Source: Paralysiella testudinis
GTDB lineage: Bacteria; Pseudomonadota; Gammaproteobacteria; Burkholderiales; Neisseriaceae
Assembly: GCF_016894345.1 (NCBI RefSeq)
Contig: NZ_CP069798.1
Location: 2,795,248-2,827,247, forward strand
Length of the DNA stretch: 32,000 nucleotides
Direction of reading: 5' to 3'
In this document: positions 19,248 through 29,064 of the stretch, in pieces
How positions within the stretch are numbered: position 1 is the stretch's first letter
Layout of the letters: every line of letters begins with the position of its first letter
Translations under genes and position numbers: made by a program
The notes under the pieces: model-generated
Databases searched by the model: none
Told to the model about the DNA's origin: nothing
What the model saw: only the letters and a program-made list of their open reading frames with translations

Positions 19248-19789
19248 CAGCCCCTGTTTGTTTGATTGGATGTAGGCCATACACCACCGCCCCAATACCA
19301 CACCACACTGCTGGCCACCAGCGCCACCAGCAAGGAGCCCACCATATCCAACGGATAATGCACGCCCACATAAATCCGCGCCCAAGCTTCGATGAGCCCT
19401 AATACGACCAAGCCCAAGCCCAAACGGCGCGTGCGTACAAACCCGCATAAAGGCAGCACCAGCGCCCAGTAAAAAGTGAGGTGGCGGCTGGGAAATGAAG
19501 ATGTGTCGTGCTGCCCCACCACTGTTTGCCCCAAGCCCAGTATAAACGGGCGCGGATGGTAGTAAAGCTTGCCAATCACATAAGCCAATACCAGCGCCAC
19601 CGCACAACTGCCCAGCAGTTTCAGCCACAGCTTGGGCTGTTTGGTGGCCAGCAGATACGCCGTTAAGCCCAGCCCCACCACCCAGTTAAAATATTGCGCC
19701 AGAAAAACCGCCGCTAGCCGCACGACATCGGCATCACCTTCTTTTGCATTGATTAGCAAAAACAAACTTTTATTCAGGTCATCCAACAT
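19247..19789 (-). CDS. PAP2-family lipid phosphatase
   Basis: PAP2 motifs KLYYHPRPF, SFPSRH and RIYVGVHYPLDM. ATG at 19789 preceded by GGAGA. Confidence 0.8.
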   Translation of the reverse strand: MLDDLNKSLFLLINAKEGDADVVRLAAVFLAQYFNWVVGLGLTAYLLATKQPKLWLKLLGSCAVALVLAYVIGKLYYHPRPFILGLGQTVVGQHDTSSFPSRHLTFYWALVLPLCGFVRTRRLGLGLVVLGLIEAWARIYVGVHYPLDMVGSLLVALVASSVVWYWGGGVWPTSNQTNRG

Positions 19790-20041
19790 GATTTTCTCCG
19801 CCGGCGCACGCAGCCCGGCTTGATTGGCAAGGTGCGCAGTGTACACCGCCAAACCTTACCTATTTCTTAAAATTTACAGTTGCACACAGATTAAAAATTA
19901 ATTTTTTTGATTTTTAAGGTTTTTATCTGCATCAACATAATCCAATCAATACCGCAGCGGCCATTTGGCAAACCGATATATAATGCCCGCCAGATTCAGC
20001 CTCTCTTTATTTGATGCGCATTTGTTTTGCAGGGAATCCTT

Positions 20042-20890
20042 ATGTCTGTCCATGTTCTGGTTTTACAGCACCCGCAACTGCCCGGCTGCAATTTAGGCTG
20101 CCTGAAGCCTTGGTTTGCGCAGCTGCCCGCCTTGGTTTTCGACAACACCGTGTTGCGCATGCCCGTGGCTGCCAATTTTGCACTGCCTGAGGCCGTTCAG
20201 GCAGCCTTGCAGGCGCAAGCCATCGATTGGGCGGTGCTGCCGGACAAAGCATTTGGTGATTTTGGCCTACTGGTGAGCGACATGGATTCCACGCTGATTA
20301 CGATTGAATGCGTGGATGAGATTGCCGCCGGGGTGGGTTTAAAAGAGCAAGTGGCGGCGATTACCGAGCGCTCGATGCGCGGCGAGCTGGATTTTGCCCA
20401 ATCGTTGCGCCAGCGTGTGGCCTTGCTGCAAGGGCTGCCTGAAAGCGAGTTGGCGCGGGTATATGATGAAGTATTGCAATTGTCGCCCGGTGCCGAATAC
20501 CTGCTGGCCGAATGCCGGCGGCACGGGGTGAAGTTTATGCTGGTGTCCGGCGGCTTTACCTATTTCACCGAGCGCCTGCGCCACGATTTAGGGCTGAATT
20601 ATGCCTACGCCAACACCTTGCTGATGAATAACGGCCACCTGAGTGGCACACTGGGCGGCCGCCTGATAGACGCACAAGCCAAAGCCGATTTGCTGGCCGA
20701 ATACGCCGACAAACTGGGCTTAAGCCGCGCGCAAACCTTGGCCATGGGCGACGGCGCCAACGACATCCCCATGCTCGCAGCCGCCGGCATCGGCATAGCC
20801 TATCATGCCAAGCCCAAAACCGAGGCCGCTGCCGATGTGTCAGTGCGCTTCGGCGGCTTGGATGCGGTGCGCAAATGGTTTCGGCCTTAA
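20042..20890 (+). CDS. serB: Phosphoserine phosphatase
   Basis: HAD motifs LLVSDMDSTLITIECVDEIA, LVSGGF and GDGANDIPML. ATG at 20042 follows AGGGAA. Confidence 0.9.
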   Translation: MSVHVLVLQHPQLPGCNLGCLKPWFAQLPALVFDNTVLRMPVAANFALPEAVQAALQAQAIDWAVLPDKAFGDFGLLVSDMDSTLITIECVDEIAAGVGLKEQVAAITERSMRGELDFAQSLRQRVALLQGLPESELARVYDEVLQLSPGAEYLLAECRRHGVKFMLVSGGFTYFTERLRHDLGLNYAYANTLLMNNGHLSGTLGGRLIDAQAKADLLAEYADKLGLSRAQTLAMGDGANDIPMLAAAGIGIAYHAKPKTEAAADVSVRFGGLDAVRKWFRP

Positions 20891-21351
20891 ATGCCTTTAA
20901 TAGCTGAGGTAACGCAATTATTGATTAAAGGCTGCCTGAAACCCACATGGATTGCCCAATACCGTTTGACAATGAACCACCACTTTACCTTTCAGGCAGC
21001 CTTGGCCACGCAATAACCCCATTTCAATAAACCCAAAAGCCACTGCCAACACACAGCAGCGTTTAATTTCTCACCGATTCAAACCAACAAAAATAAACAT
21101 TTATTTCCATCGTCATTTTTTAATCTAGCTAAATCGCGCCGATTTACCGCCATACACACCCGCATCGGTTTTCTTTTCGGTTCAATAACGAAGATAGCCG
21201 CATTTTGCACCTGCAACATGCCATTGTGCTTATCCAAACCAACACTTGCTTTACAATTTCCTTACAATGTATAGTAATGCGGTTGGCGATTCGCAGGTGC
21301 GGTTGCCGTAAACGTTTTTATGGTTACACAAATACACTCAAGGGAGTTACC

Positions 21352-23001
21352 ATGCAAAAACCGTTATTCAAACTCAGCGCACTGGCCGCCGTGGCCTTAG
21401 GTCTGGCCGCCTGCGGTGGTGGCGACAAGCAGGCCGCACAAAGCGGCAGCCAGCCGGCCACCACCCAGGCACAAAGCGGCAAAAATCTGATTTACTGCTC
21501 TGAAGGCAGCCCGGCCGGTTTCGACCCCGCCCAATACACCTCCGGCACCGACTTTGACGCCAGCTCCTACCCGATTTACAACGGCTTGGTTGAATTTAAA
21601 CGCGGTGAAACCGACATCCATCCGGCACTGGCCGAAAAATGGGACATCAGCGACGATGGCAAAACCTACACCTTCCATCTGCGCCAAGGCGTGAAATTCG
21701 GTGCCACCGACTACTTCACCCCCACGCGCGACTTTAACGCCGACGACGTGGTGTTTACCCTCAAGCGCATCACCGACAAAAACTTTGAATTCAACAAAGC
21801 CTACCCGGCCGAATTCCCCTACTCGGTGGACATGGGCTTGCCCGATTTGATTCAATCGGTAGAAAAAGTAGACGATCACACCGTAAAAGTGGTACTCAAA
21901 GAAGTGGAAGCGCCCTTCCTGCAAAACATCGCCATGCCCTTTGCCTACATCGGCTCGGCTGAATACGCCGACAAGCTGGTGAAAGAAAACAAAGCGGCCG
22001 ACTACAATACCAAACCGGTGGGCACCGGCCCCTTCGTGTTCAAGTCTTACCAGAAAGACACCCAAATCCGCTACGCCAAAAACCCGGATTACTGGGATAA
22101 AGACAATATCCACATCGATAACTTAGTGTTTGCGATTACCAAAGACTCCGCCGTGCGCGCCCAAAAAGTGCAGGCGGGCGAATGTAACGTAGCCGCCTAC
22201 CCGAAACCGGCCGAAATTGAAGCCGCGAAAAAATCGGGCAAAGTCACCGTAATGGATCAACCCGGCTTTAACGTGGGCTATGTGGGCTACAACGTAGAAC
22301 ACGGCAAACTGGCCGACTTGAAAGTGCGCCAAGCTTTGGATATGGCCATCAATAAAGACGCCATCATCAACGCCGTTTACCAAGGCGCGGGCATTAAGGC
22401 CACCAACCCGATGCCGCCCACCCAATGGGGCTATAACGACACCCTCAAAGACGCACCTTACGACGTCGAAAAAGCCAAAGCCTTGCTGAAAGAAGCCGGT
22501 GCCGAAAACTACGAGCTTAACCTGTGGTATATGCCGGTGCAGCGCCCCTACAACCCCAATGCCAAGCTGATGGCGGAAATGATTCAGGCCGACTGGGCCA
22601 AAATCGGCGTGAAAGCCAAACTGGTCACCTACGAATGGGGCGAATACCTCAAGCGTGCGCAAAAAGGCGAGCCGGACGCCATCATGGTGGGCTGGACCGG
22701 CGACAACGGCGACCCGGACAACTGGCTGGGCACGCTGTTAAGCTGCAAAGCGGTAAACGGCAACAACTACTCGCGCTGGTGTAATAAAGACTTTGACAAG
22801 CTGGTGGAAGGCGCGCGCCAAACCACCGATCAAGAAAAACGCATCACCGCCTATAAAGACGCGCAAGTAATCTTTAAAGAGCAACTGCCGTGGACCACCA
22901 TGGCACACTCGGTGGTAACCCACTTCACCACCCCGAATGTGAAAGACTACAAAATCAGCCCGTTCGGCTCCGTGCGTTTTGACGGTGTGAAAATAGACTA
23001 A
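21352..23001 (+). CDS. dppA: Dipeptide ABC transporter substrate-binding lipoprotein
   Basis: Lipobox LGLAAC. Strong DppA-like sequence (KNLIYCSEGSPAGFDPAQYTSGTDFDASS...LVEFKRGETDIHPALAEKWDISDDGKTYTFHLRQGVKF). SD AAGGGAG. Confidence 0.9.
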   Translation: MQKPLFKLSALAAVALGLAACGGGDKQAAQSGSQPATTQAQSGKNLIYCSEGSPAGFDPAQYTSGTDFDASSYPIYNGLVEFKRGETDIHPALAEKWDISDDGKTYTFHLRQGVKFGATDYFTPTRDFNADDVVFTLKRITDKNFEFNKAYPAEFPYSVDMGLPDLIQSVEKVDDHTVKVVLKEVEAPFLQNIAMPFAYIGSAEYADKLVKENKAADYNTKPVGTGPFVFKSYQKDTQIRYAKNPDYWDKDNIHIDNLVFAITKDSAVRAQKVQAGECNVAAYPKPAEIEAAKKSGKVTVMDQPGFNVGYVGYNVEHGKLADLKVRQALDMAINKDAIINAVYQGAGIKATNPMPPTQWGYNDTLKDAPYDVEKAKALLKEAGAENYELNLWYMPVQRPYNPNAKLMAEMIQADWAKIGVKAKLVTYEWGEYLKRAQKGEPDAIMVGWTGDNGDPDNWLGTLLSCKAVNGNNYSRWCNKDFDKLVEGARQTTDQEKRITAYKDAQVIFKEQLPWTTMAHSVVTHFTTPNVKDYKISPFGSVRFDGVKID

Positions 23002-23012
23002 GCCGTAAACAC

Positions 23013-23046
23013 AACACCGCTTCCGTGTGTGGAGGCGGTGTTTTTT
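23013..23046 (+). terminator. Rho-independent terminator/attenuator after dppA
   Basis: Stem AACACCGCTTCC / GGAGGCGGTGTT (one mismatch), loop GTGTGT, then T6. Confidence 0.75.
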
Positions 23047-23270
23047 ATGATTTAAGACATTACTTAATGATAAAGGCTGCCTGAAAAACAGCGCCAAAAA
23101 TGTTACACCCTTTTGTTCTTTAAACCAGCGTCGGACTCAAGAATCCGACCCGGCATAACTATAAACCCGGCTTCAGGCAGCCCTACCCTTGCCGCCTGCC
23201 AGCCCATAAAATGCCGCCACGCCCCATAAGGGCGCTGCGCTTTAAACCACCTCTCAAAAGAGCACTGATT

Positions 23271-24287
23271 ATGTTGCTGTATATTCTGCGCCGTATTCTG
23301 ATTTTGATTCCGGTTTATATCGGCCTCACCTTGTCCACCTTTACCTTAATCCGATTGGTGCCGGGCGATGTGGTGGAAGTGATGATGGGCGAGCGCATGG
23401 TCGACCCGGCCATGCATGCCCAGGCCTTACAACGCTTGGGGCTGGACAAGCCCTTACCGGTGCAATACTGGGATTACCTCAGCGGCATTCTGCGCGGCGA
23501 CTTCGGCACTTCTTTCCGCACCCGCACCCCCATTTTGCAAGACTTTTTCGCCCATTTCATCCCCACACTGGAGCTGGCCTTATGCGCCATCATCATTGCC
23601 AGCGTATTGGGCATTAGCTTAGGCATCATCGCCGCCTTGCGCCGTGGCTCATGGCTGGACTACACCCTAATGTCGGGCGCCTTGGCCGGCTATTCGATGC
23701 CGATTTACCTACTCGGCCCCATTCTTACCGGCCTGTTTGCCCACTATCTGGGCTGGCTGCCGGTGTCGGGCGTGATTTCGGTGGCACAATTTCTGGACGT
23801 ACAGCCCCTATACGGTTCATGGCTGCTTGGTTCGCTGTTTTCCGGCCAGCCCGGTGCGTTTTGGGATGTGGTGAAACACTTTATTCTGCCCTCCATTGCC
23901 CTCTCCACCATTCCCTTAGCCATGATTGCACGCATGACGCGCTCGGCCATTCTCGAAGTGTTGGGCGAAGACTATGTGCGCACCGCCCGCGCCAAAGGCC
24001 TGTCGCCGCGTCGGGTTATTCTGGTGCATGTGATGCGCAATGCGCTGATTACCGTGGTTACCGTAGTGGGGCTGCAAATGGCCACCCTGCTGGCCGGTGC
24101 CATTCTCACCGAAACCATTTTCAGCTGGCCCGGCGTGGGCAACTGGCTCTTGGACGGCTTTTTCACCCGCGATTATCCGATTGTGCAAAACGGCATTTTG
24201 CTGGTGGCCACTGCATTGATTTTAATCAGCTTACTGGTAGACATTTTGTATGGCGTGATCAACCCACGCATCCGCCATGCGGCTTAA
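23271..24287 (+). CDS. dppB: Dipeptide ABC transporter permease
   Basis: MLLYILRRILILIPV... N-terminus and BPD-type permease profile. I chose the internal ATG at 23271. Confidence 0.9.
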   Translation: MLLYILRRILILIPVYIGLTLSTFTLIRLVPGDVVEVMMGERMVDPAMHAQALQRLGLDKPLPVQYWDYLSGILRGDFGTSFRTRTPILQDFFAHFIPTLELALCAIIIASVLGISLGIIAALRRGSWLDYTLMSGALAGYSMPIYLLGPILTGLFAHYLGWLPVSGVISVAQFLDVQPLYGSWLLGSLFSGQPGAFWDVVKHFILPSIALSTIPLAMIARMTRSAILEVLGEDYVRTARAKGLSPRRVILVHVMRNALITVVTVVGLQMATLLAGAILTETIFSWPGVGNWLLDGFFTRDYPIVQNGILLVATALILISLLVDILYGVINPRIRHAA

Positions 24288-24303
24288 TCCATCACATCCA
24301 ATA

Positions 24304-24410
24304 TATAGTGAGATGAAGAATAAAGTGATACAAGGCGCGAAGCCGCAGACAGTACAGTAGTACGGCTAGGCACAGCAACGCCGTAGCACTTTGTTATGCA
24401 TTTCACTATA
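24304..24410. mobile_element. Correia-like MITE (107 bp) in the dppB-dppC spacer
   Basis: Terminal inverted repeats TATAGTGAGATG... / ...CATTTCACTATA. The core CAAGGCGCGAAGCCGCAGACAGTACAGTAGTACGGCTAGGCACAGCAACGCCGTAG closely matches the Neisseria Correia core (CAAGGCGACGAAGCCGCAGACAGTACAAATAGTACGGCAAGGCGAGGCAACGCCGTAC). Confidence 0.8.
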
Positions 24411-24488
24411 AGGCTGCCTGAAAAACAAATAGCCCTATTCGGCACCCTTCAGGCAGCCCATCACACCCGAACACAGGAACACATCTTT

Positions 24489-25394
24489 ATGACCAGCTCT
24501 GTTCAAACCGCCACCGCCGCACCGGTGCCGCCCAGCCAGTGGCAATTATTTGCCGCCACCTTTTACCGCAACAAAGGCGCCGTATTGGGGCTGCTGGTAT
24601 TGCTGGCCATGGTGATAACCGCCCTGCTGGCACCGTGGCTGGCACCGCATGATCCTTATCAGCTTTTCACTGGCAAAGAGCAATTGCCGCCGTTTTTCCT
24701 CGAAGGCGGAGACCGTGCTTTTTGGCTCGGCACCGACGACGCCGGGCGCGATACCTTATCGCGGGTGATTTACGGCGCGCGCTATTCACTGTTTATCGGC
24801 CTGTGCGCCACCTTTATCGCCATGGTGGCCGGGGTATCGCTGGGGCTGTCGGCGGCGTTTTGGCCCAAAGTATGGGGCAAAGGCGTGATGCTGGTGAACG
24901 ACATCCTGATGTCTTACCCCAGCCTGCTGCTGGCCATTATCATTGCCGCCATTCTCGGCCCCTCGATGACCAACACCATCATCACCATTGCCTTGGTGTG
25001 TATGCCGCCCTTTATCCGCCTCACCCGCGCCACCGCCATGGTGGAATTGCAGCGCGACTACTTCACCGCCTCGCGCATTATGGGCGCGGGCACTTTGCGG
25101 CTGCTGTTTATCACCATTTTGCCCAACTGCATGGCACCGCTGATTGTGCAAGCCACCATGGTGTTTTCTTCCGCCATTTTGGAAGCCGGTGCCATCGGCT
25201 TTTTGGGCTTCGGCGTACAACCGCCGGATGCCGAATGGGGTGCCATGCTCGGTACCGCGCGCCAGTATATCCAAAGCAATGTGTGGCTGGCGATTTGGCC
25301 GGGCTTGGCCATTTTCTTGGCCGCGCTGTCGATTAACCTCACCGGCGACGGCCTGCGCGACGCACTGGATCCGAAGCTGAAACAGGTATCGTGA
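24489..25394 (+). CDS. dppC: Dipeptide ABC transporter permease
   Basis: DppC-like sequence (WLGTDDAGRDTLSRVIYGARYSL...). ATG at 24489; the upstream part of the track ORF runs through the MITE and DUS. Confidence 0.9.
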   Translation: MTSSVQTATAAPVPPSQWQLFAATFYRNKGAVLGLLVLLAMVITALLAPWLAPHDPYQLFTGKEQLPPFFLEGGDRAFWLGTDDAGRDTLSRVIYGARYSLFIGLCATFIAMVAGVSLGLSAAFWPKVWGKGVMLVNDILMSYPSLLLAIIIAAILGPSMTNTIITIALVCMPPFIRLTRATAMVELQRDYFTASRIMGAGTLRLLFITILPNCMAPLIVQATMVFSSAILEAGAIGFLGFGVQPPDAEWGAMLGTARQYIQSNVWLAIWPGLAIFLAALSINLTGDGLRDALDPKLKQVS

Positions 25395-25536
25395 TTCAGG
25401 CATCAGGAGCCAGGTTACAGGAATCAGGCAGCCGTGAGATTGCTAGCGCTCATTACTCCGGCCTGTACCCCGGCAACTTAACAGCATTTGTAGCCAAGCC
25501 GCCCAACACCCAAACCGGCGGCAGCAAGGAAGCAGC

Positions 25537-26532
25537 ATGACACATCCTTTATTAAATATTGAAAACCTGTCGGTCACCTTCGGCCACGGCAGCCGTGCGT
25601 TTAAGGCCGTGGATCAAGTAAGTCTGCAGGTCAACGAAGGCGAAGTGCTGGCGGTGGTGGGCGAATCCGGCTCCGGCAAATCCGTTACCATGATGGCATT
25701 GATGGGGCTGCTGCCCGATTCGGCCACCATCCACGCCCAACAATTGCACTTTAACGGCTTGGATCTGCAAACCATGAGCGCGCGCGCCAAACGCAAAATC
25801 ATCGGCAAAGACATTTCGATGATTTTCCAAGACGCCATGACCAGCCTCAACCCCAGCTTCACTGTAGCCATGCAGATTGGCGAAGTGCTCAAAGCGCATT
25901 TGGGGCTGCGCGGTGCCGCCGTAAAGCAGCGCATCATCGAATTGCTCGACTTGGTGGAAATCCCCGACGCCAAAAGCCGCCTCAACGCCTATCCGCACCA
26001 GCTCTCCGGCGGCATGAGCCAGCGCGTCATGATTGCCATGGCCTTGGCCTGCGAGCCAAAGCTGCTGATTGCCGACGAGCCCACCACCGCACTCGATGTC
26101 ACCGTGCAAGCCCAAATCATGGACTTGCTGCACCGCCTGCAACAAGACACCGGCATGGCCATGGTGCTGATTACCCACGATTTGGGCTTGGTGGCCGAAA
26201 ACGCCCGCAATGTGGCGGTAATGTATGCCGGGCAAGTGGTGGAAACCAGCACCGTGCCGGAAATTTTCAGGCAGCCTGCCCACCCCTACACCGAAGCGCT
26301 GCTGGCGGCGATTCCGGAGCTGGCCATCGGCCAGAAACGCCTGCACAGCCTGCCCGGCGTGGTACCCAGCCAATACGACCGCCCCAGCGGCTGCTTGCTG
26401 TCGCCACGCTGCCCTTATAAAGCGCCTGCCTGCGCCACCCCGCCGCCGCTGCAAACCAGCGCCCACGGCCAAGTGCGCTGCATCCACCGCGTTTTGCCGC
26501 CCAAATCCACCGCCACCGGAGCCGCCGCATGA
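25537..26532 (+). CDS. dppD: Dipeptide ABC transporter ATP-binding protein
   Basis: Walker A GESGSGKS, signature LSGGMSQR, Walker [13 protein letters not shown], and the oligopeptide-type C-terminal domain. Confidence 0.9.
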   Translation: MTHPLLNIENLSVTFGHGSRAFKAVDQVSLQVNEGEVLAVVGESGSGKSVTMMALMGLLPDSATIHAQQLHFNGLDLQTMSARAKRKIIGKDISMIFQDAMTSLNPSFTVAMQIGEVLKAHLGLRGAAVKQRIIELLDLVEIPDAKSRLNAYPHQLSGGMSQRVMIAMALACEPKLLIADEPTTALDVTVQAQIMDLLHRLQQDTGMAMVLITHDLGLVAENARNVAVMYAGQVVETSTVPEIFRQPAHPYTEALLAAIPELAIGQKRLHSLPGVVPSQYDRPSGCLLSPRCPYKAPACATPPPLQTSAHGQVRCIHRVLPPKSTATGAAA

Positions 26533-27542
26533 GCGAAAACATCCGCCAAAACACCAACCAAAACATCGTTTTGCAAGCCGAAAATCTGCAACGCCACTAT
26601 CCGGTATCGCTGGGGCTGGGCAAAGGCAGCGCCGTGGTCAAAGCACTCAACGGCGTGTCGTTCATCCTGGCCGCAGGCAAAACACTGGCCATTGTGGGTG
26701 AATCCGGCTGCGGCAAATCCACATTGGCACGCCAGCTCACTTTAATCGAGCCACCCAGCGGCGGCGAGCTGTACATCAACGGCAAAGGCACGGTAAAACT
26801 GGGCAAGCAAGCGCTCAAGCAATTGCGCACCCAAATCCAAATGGTGTTCCAAAACCCCTACGGCAGCCTCAACCCGCGCCAAACCATCGCCTACCAGCTG
26901 GCCGAGCCATTGAGCATCCACACCCGCCTGTCGCGTGCCGACAAAGAAGCCAAAGTGCTGGCCATGATGCAGCAAGTGGGCTTGCGCCCCGAACACGCCG
27001 GGCGCTACCCGCACATGTTTTCCGGCGGCCAGCGCCAACGCATCGCCTTGGCACGCGCCATGATGCTCAACCCCAAAATCGTGGTGGCCGACGAGCCCAC
27101 CAGCGCTTTGGATGTGTCGATTCAGGCACAAGTGCTTAATCTGTTTATGGATTTACAAGAAGAATTCCACACCGCCTATGTGTTTATTTCGCATAATCTA
27201 TCGGTGGTGCGCCATGTGGCCGACGATGTGATGGTGATGTATCTGGGCCGCGCGGTGGAGCACGGCAGCAAAGCCGCCATTTTTGAAAACCCCGTCCACC
27301 CCTACACCCAAGCATTGCTGGCCGCCGCCCCCAGCGTCAATGGCCACCAAACCAACCTCAATCTCAAAGGCGAGCTGCCCAGCCCGCTCAAACCGCCCAG
27401 CGGCTGCGCCCTGCACCAACGCTGCCCGCACGCCACCGCCGAATGCGCCCAACAAGAGCCGGTTTTGCGCCCGTGGCAAGGGCGGCTGGTGGCTTGCTTG
27501 CGGCTGGAAGACATTGCCGCCGGCAACACAAAGGCTGCCTGA
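26529..27542 (+). CDS. dppF: Dipeptide ABC transporter ATP-binding protein
   Basis: Walker A GESGCGKS, signature FSGGQRQR, Walker [16 protein letters not shown] overlap with dppD. The stop codon lies inside a DUS. Confidence 0.9.
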   Translation: MSENIRQNTNQNIVLQAENLQRHYPVSLGLGKGSAVVKALNGVSFILAAGKTLAIVGESGCGKSTLARQLTLIEPPSGGELYINGKGTVKLGKQALKQLRTQIQMVFQNPYGSLNPRQTIAYQLAEPLSIHTRLSRADKEAKVLAMMQQVGLRPEHAGRYPHMFSGGQRQRIALARAMMLNPKIVVADEPTSALDVSIQAQVLNLFMDLQEEFHTAYVFISHNLSVVRHVADDVMVMYLGRAVEHGSKAAIFENPVHPYTQALLAAAPSVNGHQTNLNLKGELPSPLKPPSGCALHQRCPHATAECAQQEPVLRPWQGRLVACLRLEDIAAGNTKAA

Positions 27543-27571
27543 AACAAACCATGCTTATTTGAAAGCACCTC

Positions 27572-28543
27572 ATGCACCCCATCACCGAGCCGCACCAATC
27601 CGGCCTCTTGGCCGTTTCCCCCCGCCACCAAATTTATTGGGAAGTGTCCGGCAATCCGCACGGCAAGCCGGTGGTGTTTTTGCACGGCGGCCCCGGCGCC
27701 GGCACCACACCGGCGCAACGCGGCTTTTTCAACCCTGAGCGCTACCGCATAGTGTTGATGGATCAGCGCGGCTGCGGCCGCTCATTGCCCTATGCCTGTG
27801 TGGAAGAAAACACCACTTGGGACTTGGTGGCCGATATCGAACAAGTGCGCCAAATGCTGGGCATCGAGCGCTGGATGGTGTTTGGCGGCTCGTGGGGCAG
27901 CACCTTGGCGCTGGCTTATGCGCAAAGCCATCCCGCCCACGTAAGCGAATTGGTGCTGCGCGGCGTATTTTTGTGCCGCCCGAGCGAATGGCGCTGGCTA
28001 AACCAAAGCGGTGGCGCCAGCCGGATTTTCCCCGATGCATGGCAGCAATATTATTTGCAACCCTTCCACGGCCAAGAGCCCAGCAACTTAATTGCCGCTT
28101 ACCACACCTTGCTGCTACACCCCGACACCCCCGAATCCGCACGGCTGCAAGCCGCCCGTTGCTGGACGCAATGGGAAGCGCATACCTGCTATTTGGAACA
28201 CAACCAAGCCGCCATCGACGAATATGCCAACGAACACGCCGCCTTGGCCTGCGCCCGCATCAGCTGCCACTACGCCAGCCACGCCGGTTGGCTGGAAGGC
28301 GAGCGCGCGCTGCTGGCCAATACCGATAAAATCCGCCGCATCCCCACCGTGATGGTGCAAGGCCGCTACGACATCTGCACCCCGCCGCAATCGGCTTGGG
28401 AATTAAAACAGGCTTTGCCCGCCGCCGATTTGCAATTCGTGCTGGCAAGCCATTCGGCATTCGAGCCGGAAATCGCCAAAGCACTGGTGGCCGCCACCGA
28501 TTATTTTGCCGACAATGACGGTCAGCCCAACAAAACAGCCTAG
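27572..28543 (+). CDS. pip: Prolyl aminopeptidase (proline iminopeptidase)
   Basis: Alpha/beta-hydrolase motifs HGGPGAG and GGSWGSTLAL; full-length Pip-like sequence. Confidence 0.9.
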   Translation: MHPITEPHQSGLLAVSPRHQIYWEVSGNPHGKPVVFLHGGPGAGTTPAQRGFFNPERYRIVLMDQRGCGRSLPYACVEENTTWDLVADIEQVRQMLGIERWMVFGGSWGSTLALAYAQSHPAHVSELVLRGVFLCRPSEWRWLNQSGGASRIFPDAWQQYYLQPFHGQEPSNLIAAYHTLLLHPDTPESARLQAARCWTQWEAHTCYLEHNQAAIDEYANEHAALACARISCHYASHAGWLEGERALLANTDKIRRIPTVMVQGRYDICTPPQSAWELKQALPAADLQFVLASHSAFEPEIAKALVAATDYFADNDGQPNKTA

Positions 28544-28600
28544 AGCATAATGAATAAGGTGTTATGCATTGCAAGCACCTCTATCACATTCCAAAACATC

Positions 28601-28645
28601 AAAGGCTACCTGAAACCATAATCCACATGGTTTCAGGTAGCCTTT
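28601..28645. terminator. Bidirectional terminator hairpin made of a variant DUS pair (AGGCTACCTGAA)
   Basis: Perfect 19-bp stem AAAGGCTACCTGAAACCAT / ATGGTTTCAGGTAGCCTTT with a 7-nt loop. Sits between convergent pip and the tRNA genes. Confidence 0.75.
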
Positions 28646-28704
28646 TAAATATGCGGCACCCAAATAATAACAGCCTGGCTTTTAAAAAAGCCAGGCTGTT
28701 ATAT

Positions 28705-28779
28705 TGGCACGCCCACGGGGAATCGAACCCCGGTTACCGCCGTGAAAGGGCGATGTCCTAACCGCTAGACGATGGGCGC
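28705..28779 (-). tRNA. tRNA-Glu (anticodon UUC), second non-identical copy
   Basis: The reverse complement reads GCGCCCATCGTCTAGCGGTTAGGACATCGCCCTTTCACGGCGGTAACCGGGGTTCGATTCCCCGTGGGCGTGCCA. Confidence 0.9.
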
Positions 28780-28797
28780 ATAAAGCGTAAAATTTGG

Positions 28798-28873
28798 TGG
28801 CGCACCCGGAGCGATTCGAACGCCCGACCCTCTGGTTCGTAGCCAGATACTCTATCCAACTGAGCTACGGGTG
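28798..28873 (-). tRNA. tRNA-Arg (anticodon ACG)
   Basis: The reverse complement reads GCACCCGTAGCTCAGTTGGATAGAGTATCTGGCTACGAACCAGAGGGTCGGGCGTTCGAATCGCTCCGGGTGCGCCA. Confidence 0.9.
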
Positions 28874-29064
28874 CGTGAAGAATGCGGATTATAGGCAGCC
28901 ACCCTTAGCCTGTCAACACCTTCTGCGTTTATTTTTACAGCGCCCATCACAATGGCTTGTTCCCACAGTTAAAAAACGCATCCCCCGCTTTGGCGCAATG
29001 CACAACTCCACTCGCCGCCGCCGTGCCATATCGGCTACAATACGCCCTTTTGCCCGCCCAACAC

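Noticed and set aside
19248-19628. A 127-codon N-terminal extension of the GT39 ORF (the track ORF starts at 19628).
   Set aside because: It overlaps the PAP2 gene in another frame and is Gly/Ala/Arg-rich. The ATG at 19247 gives a normal N-terminus and overlaps the PAP2 stop.
21320-21351. A C/A-rich stretch (ACACAAATACACTCAA) just upstream of the dppA SD, reminiscent of GcvB sRNA target sites in enterobacterial dppA.
   Set aside because: GcvB is not known to me in Neisseriaceae, and a short CA-rich leader alone is not evidence.
25383-25428. CAGG recurring every 7 nt (25383, 25397, 25404, 25411, 25418, 25425) in the dppC-dppD spacer. I considered it as a phase-variable heptanucleotide repeat or an RNA-binding-protein site.
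   Set aside because: The units are too degenerate for slipped-strand mispairing, and part of the pattern is a decayed DUS (AATCAGGCAGCC). I have no family-level evidence for a binding protein. It is low-value without comparative data.
25552-26487. Long antisense ORFs inside GC-rich genes. Examples are the 311-aa ORF opposite dppD, 21397-22113 opposite dppA, 24786-25403 opposite dppC, 13970-14473 opposite the M23 peptidase, and 15795-16835 opposite fhs.
   Set aside because: They are low-complexity Gly/Ala/Arg/His-rich translations with no motifs. They fully overlap well-supported genes on the other strand and are typical shadow ORFs in GC-rich DNA.
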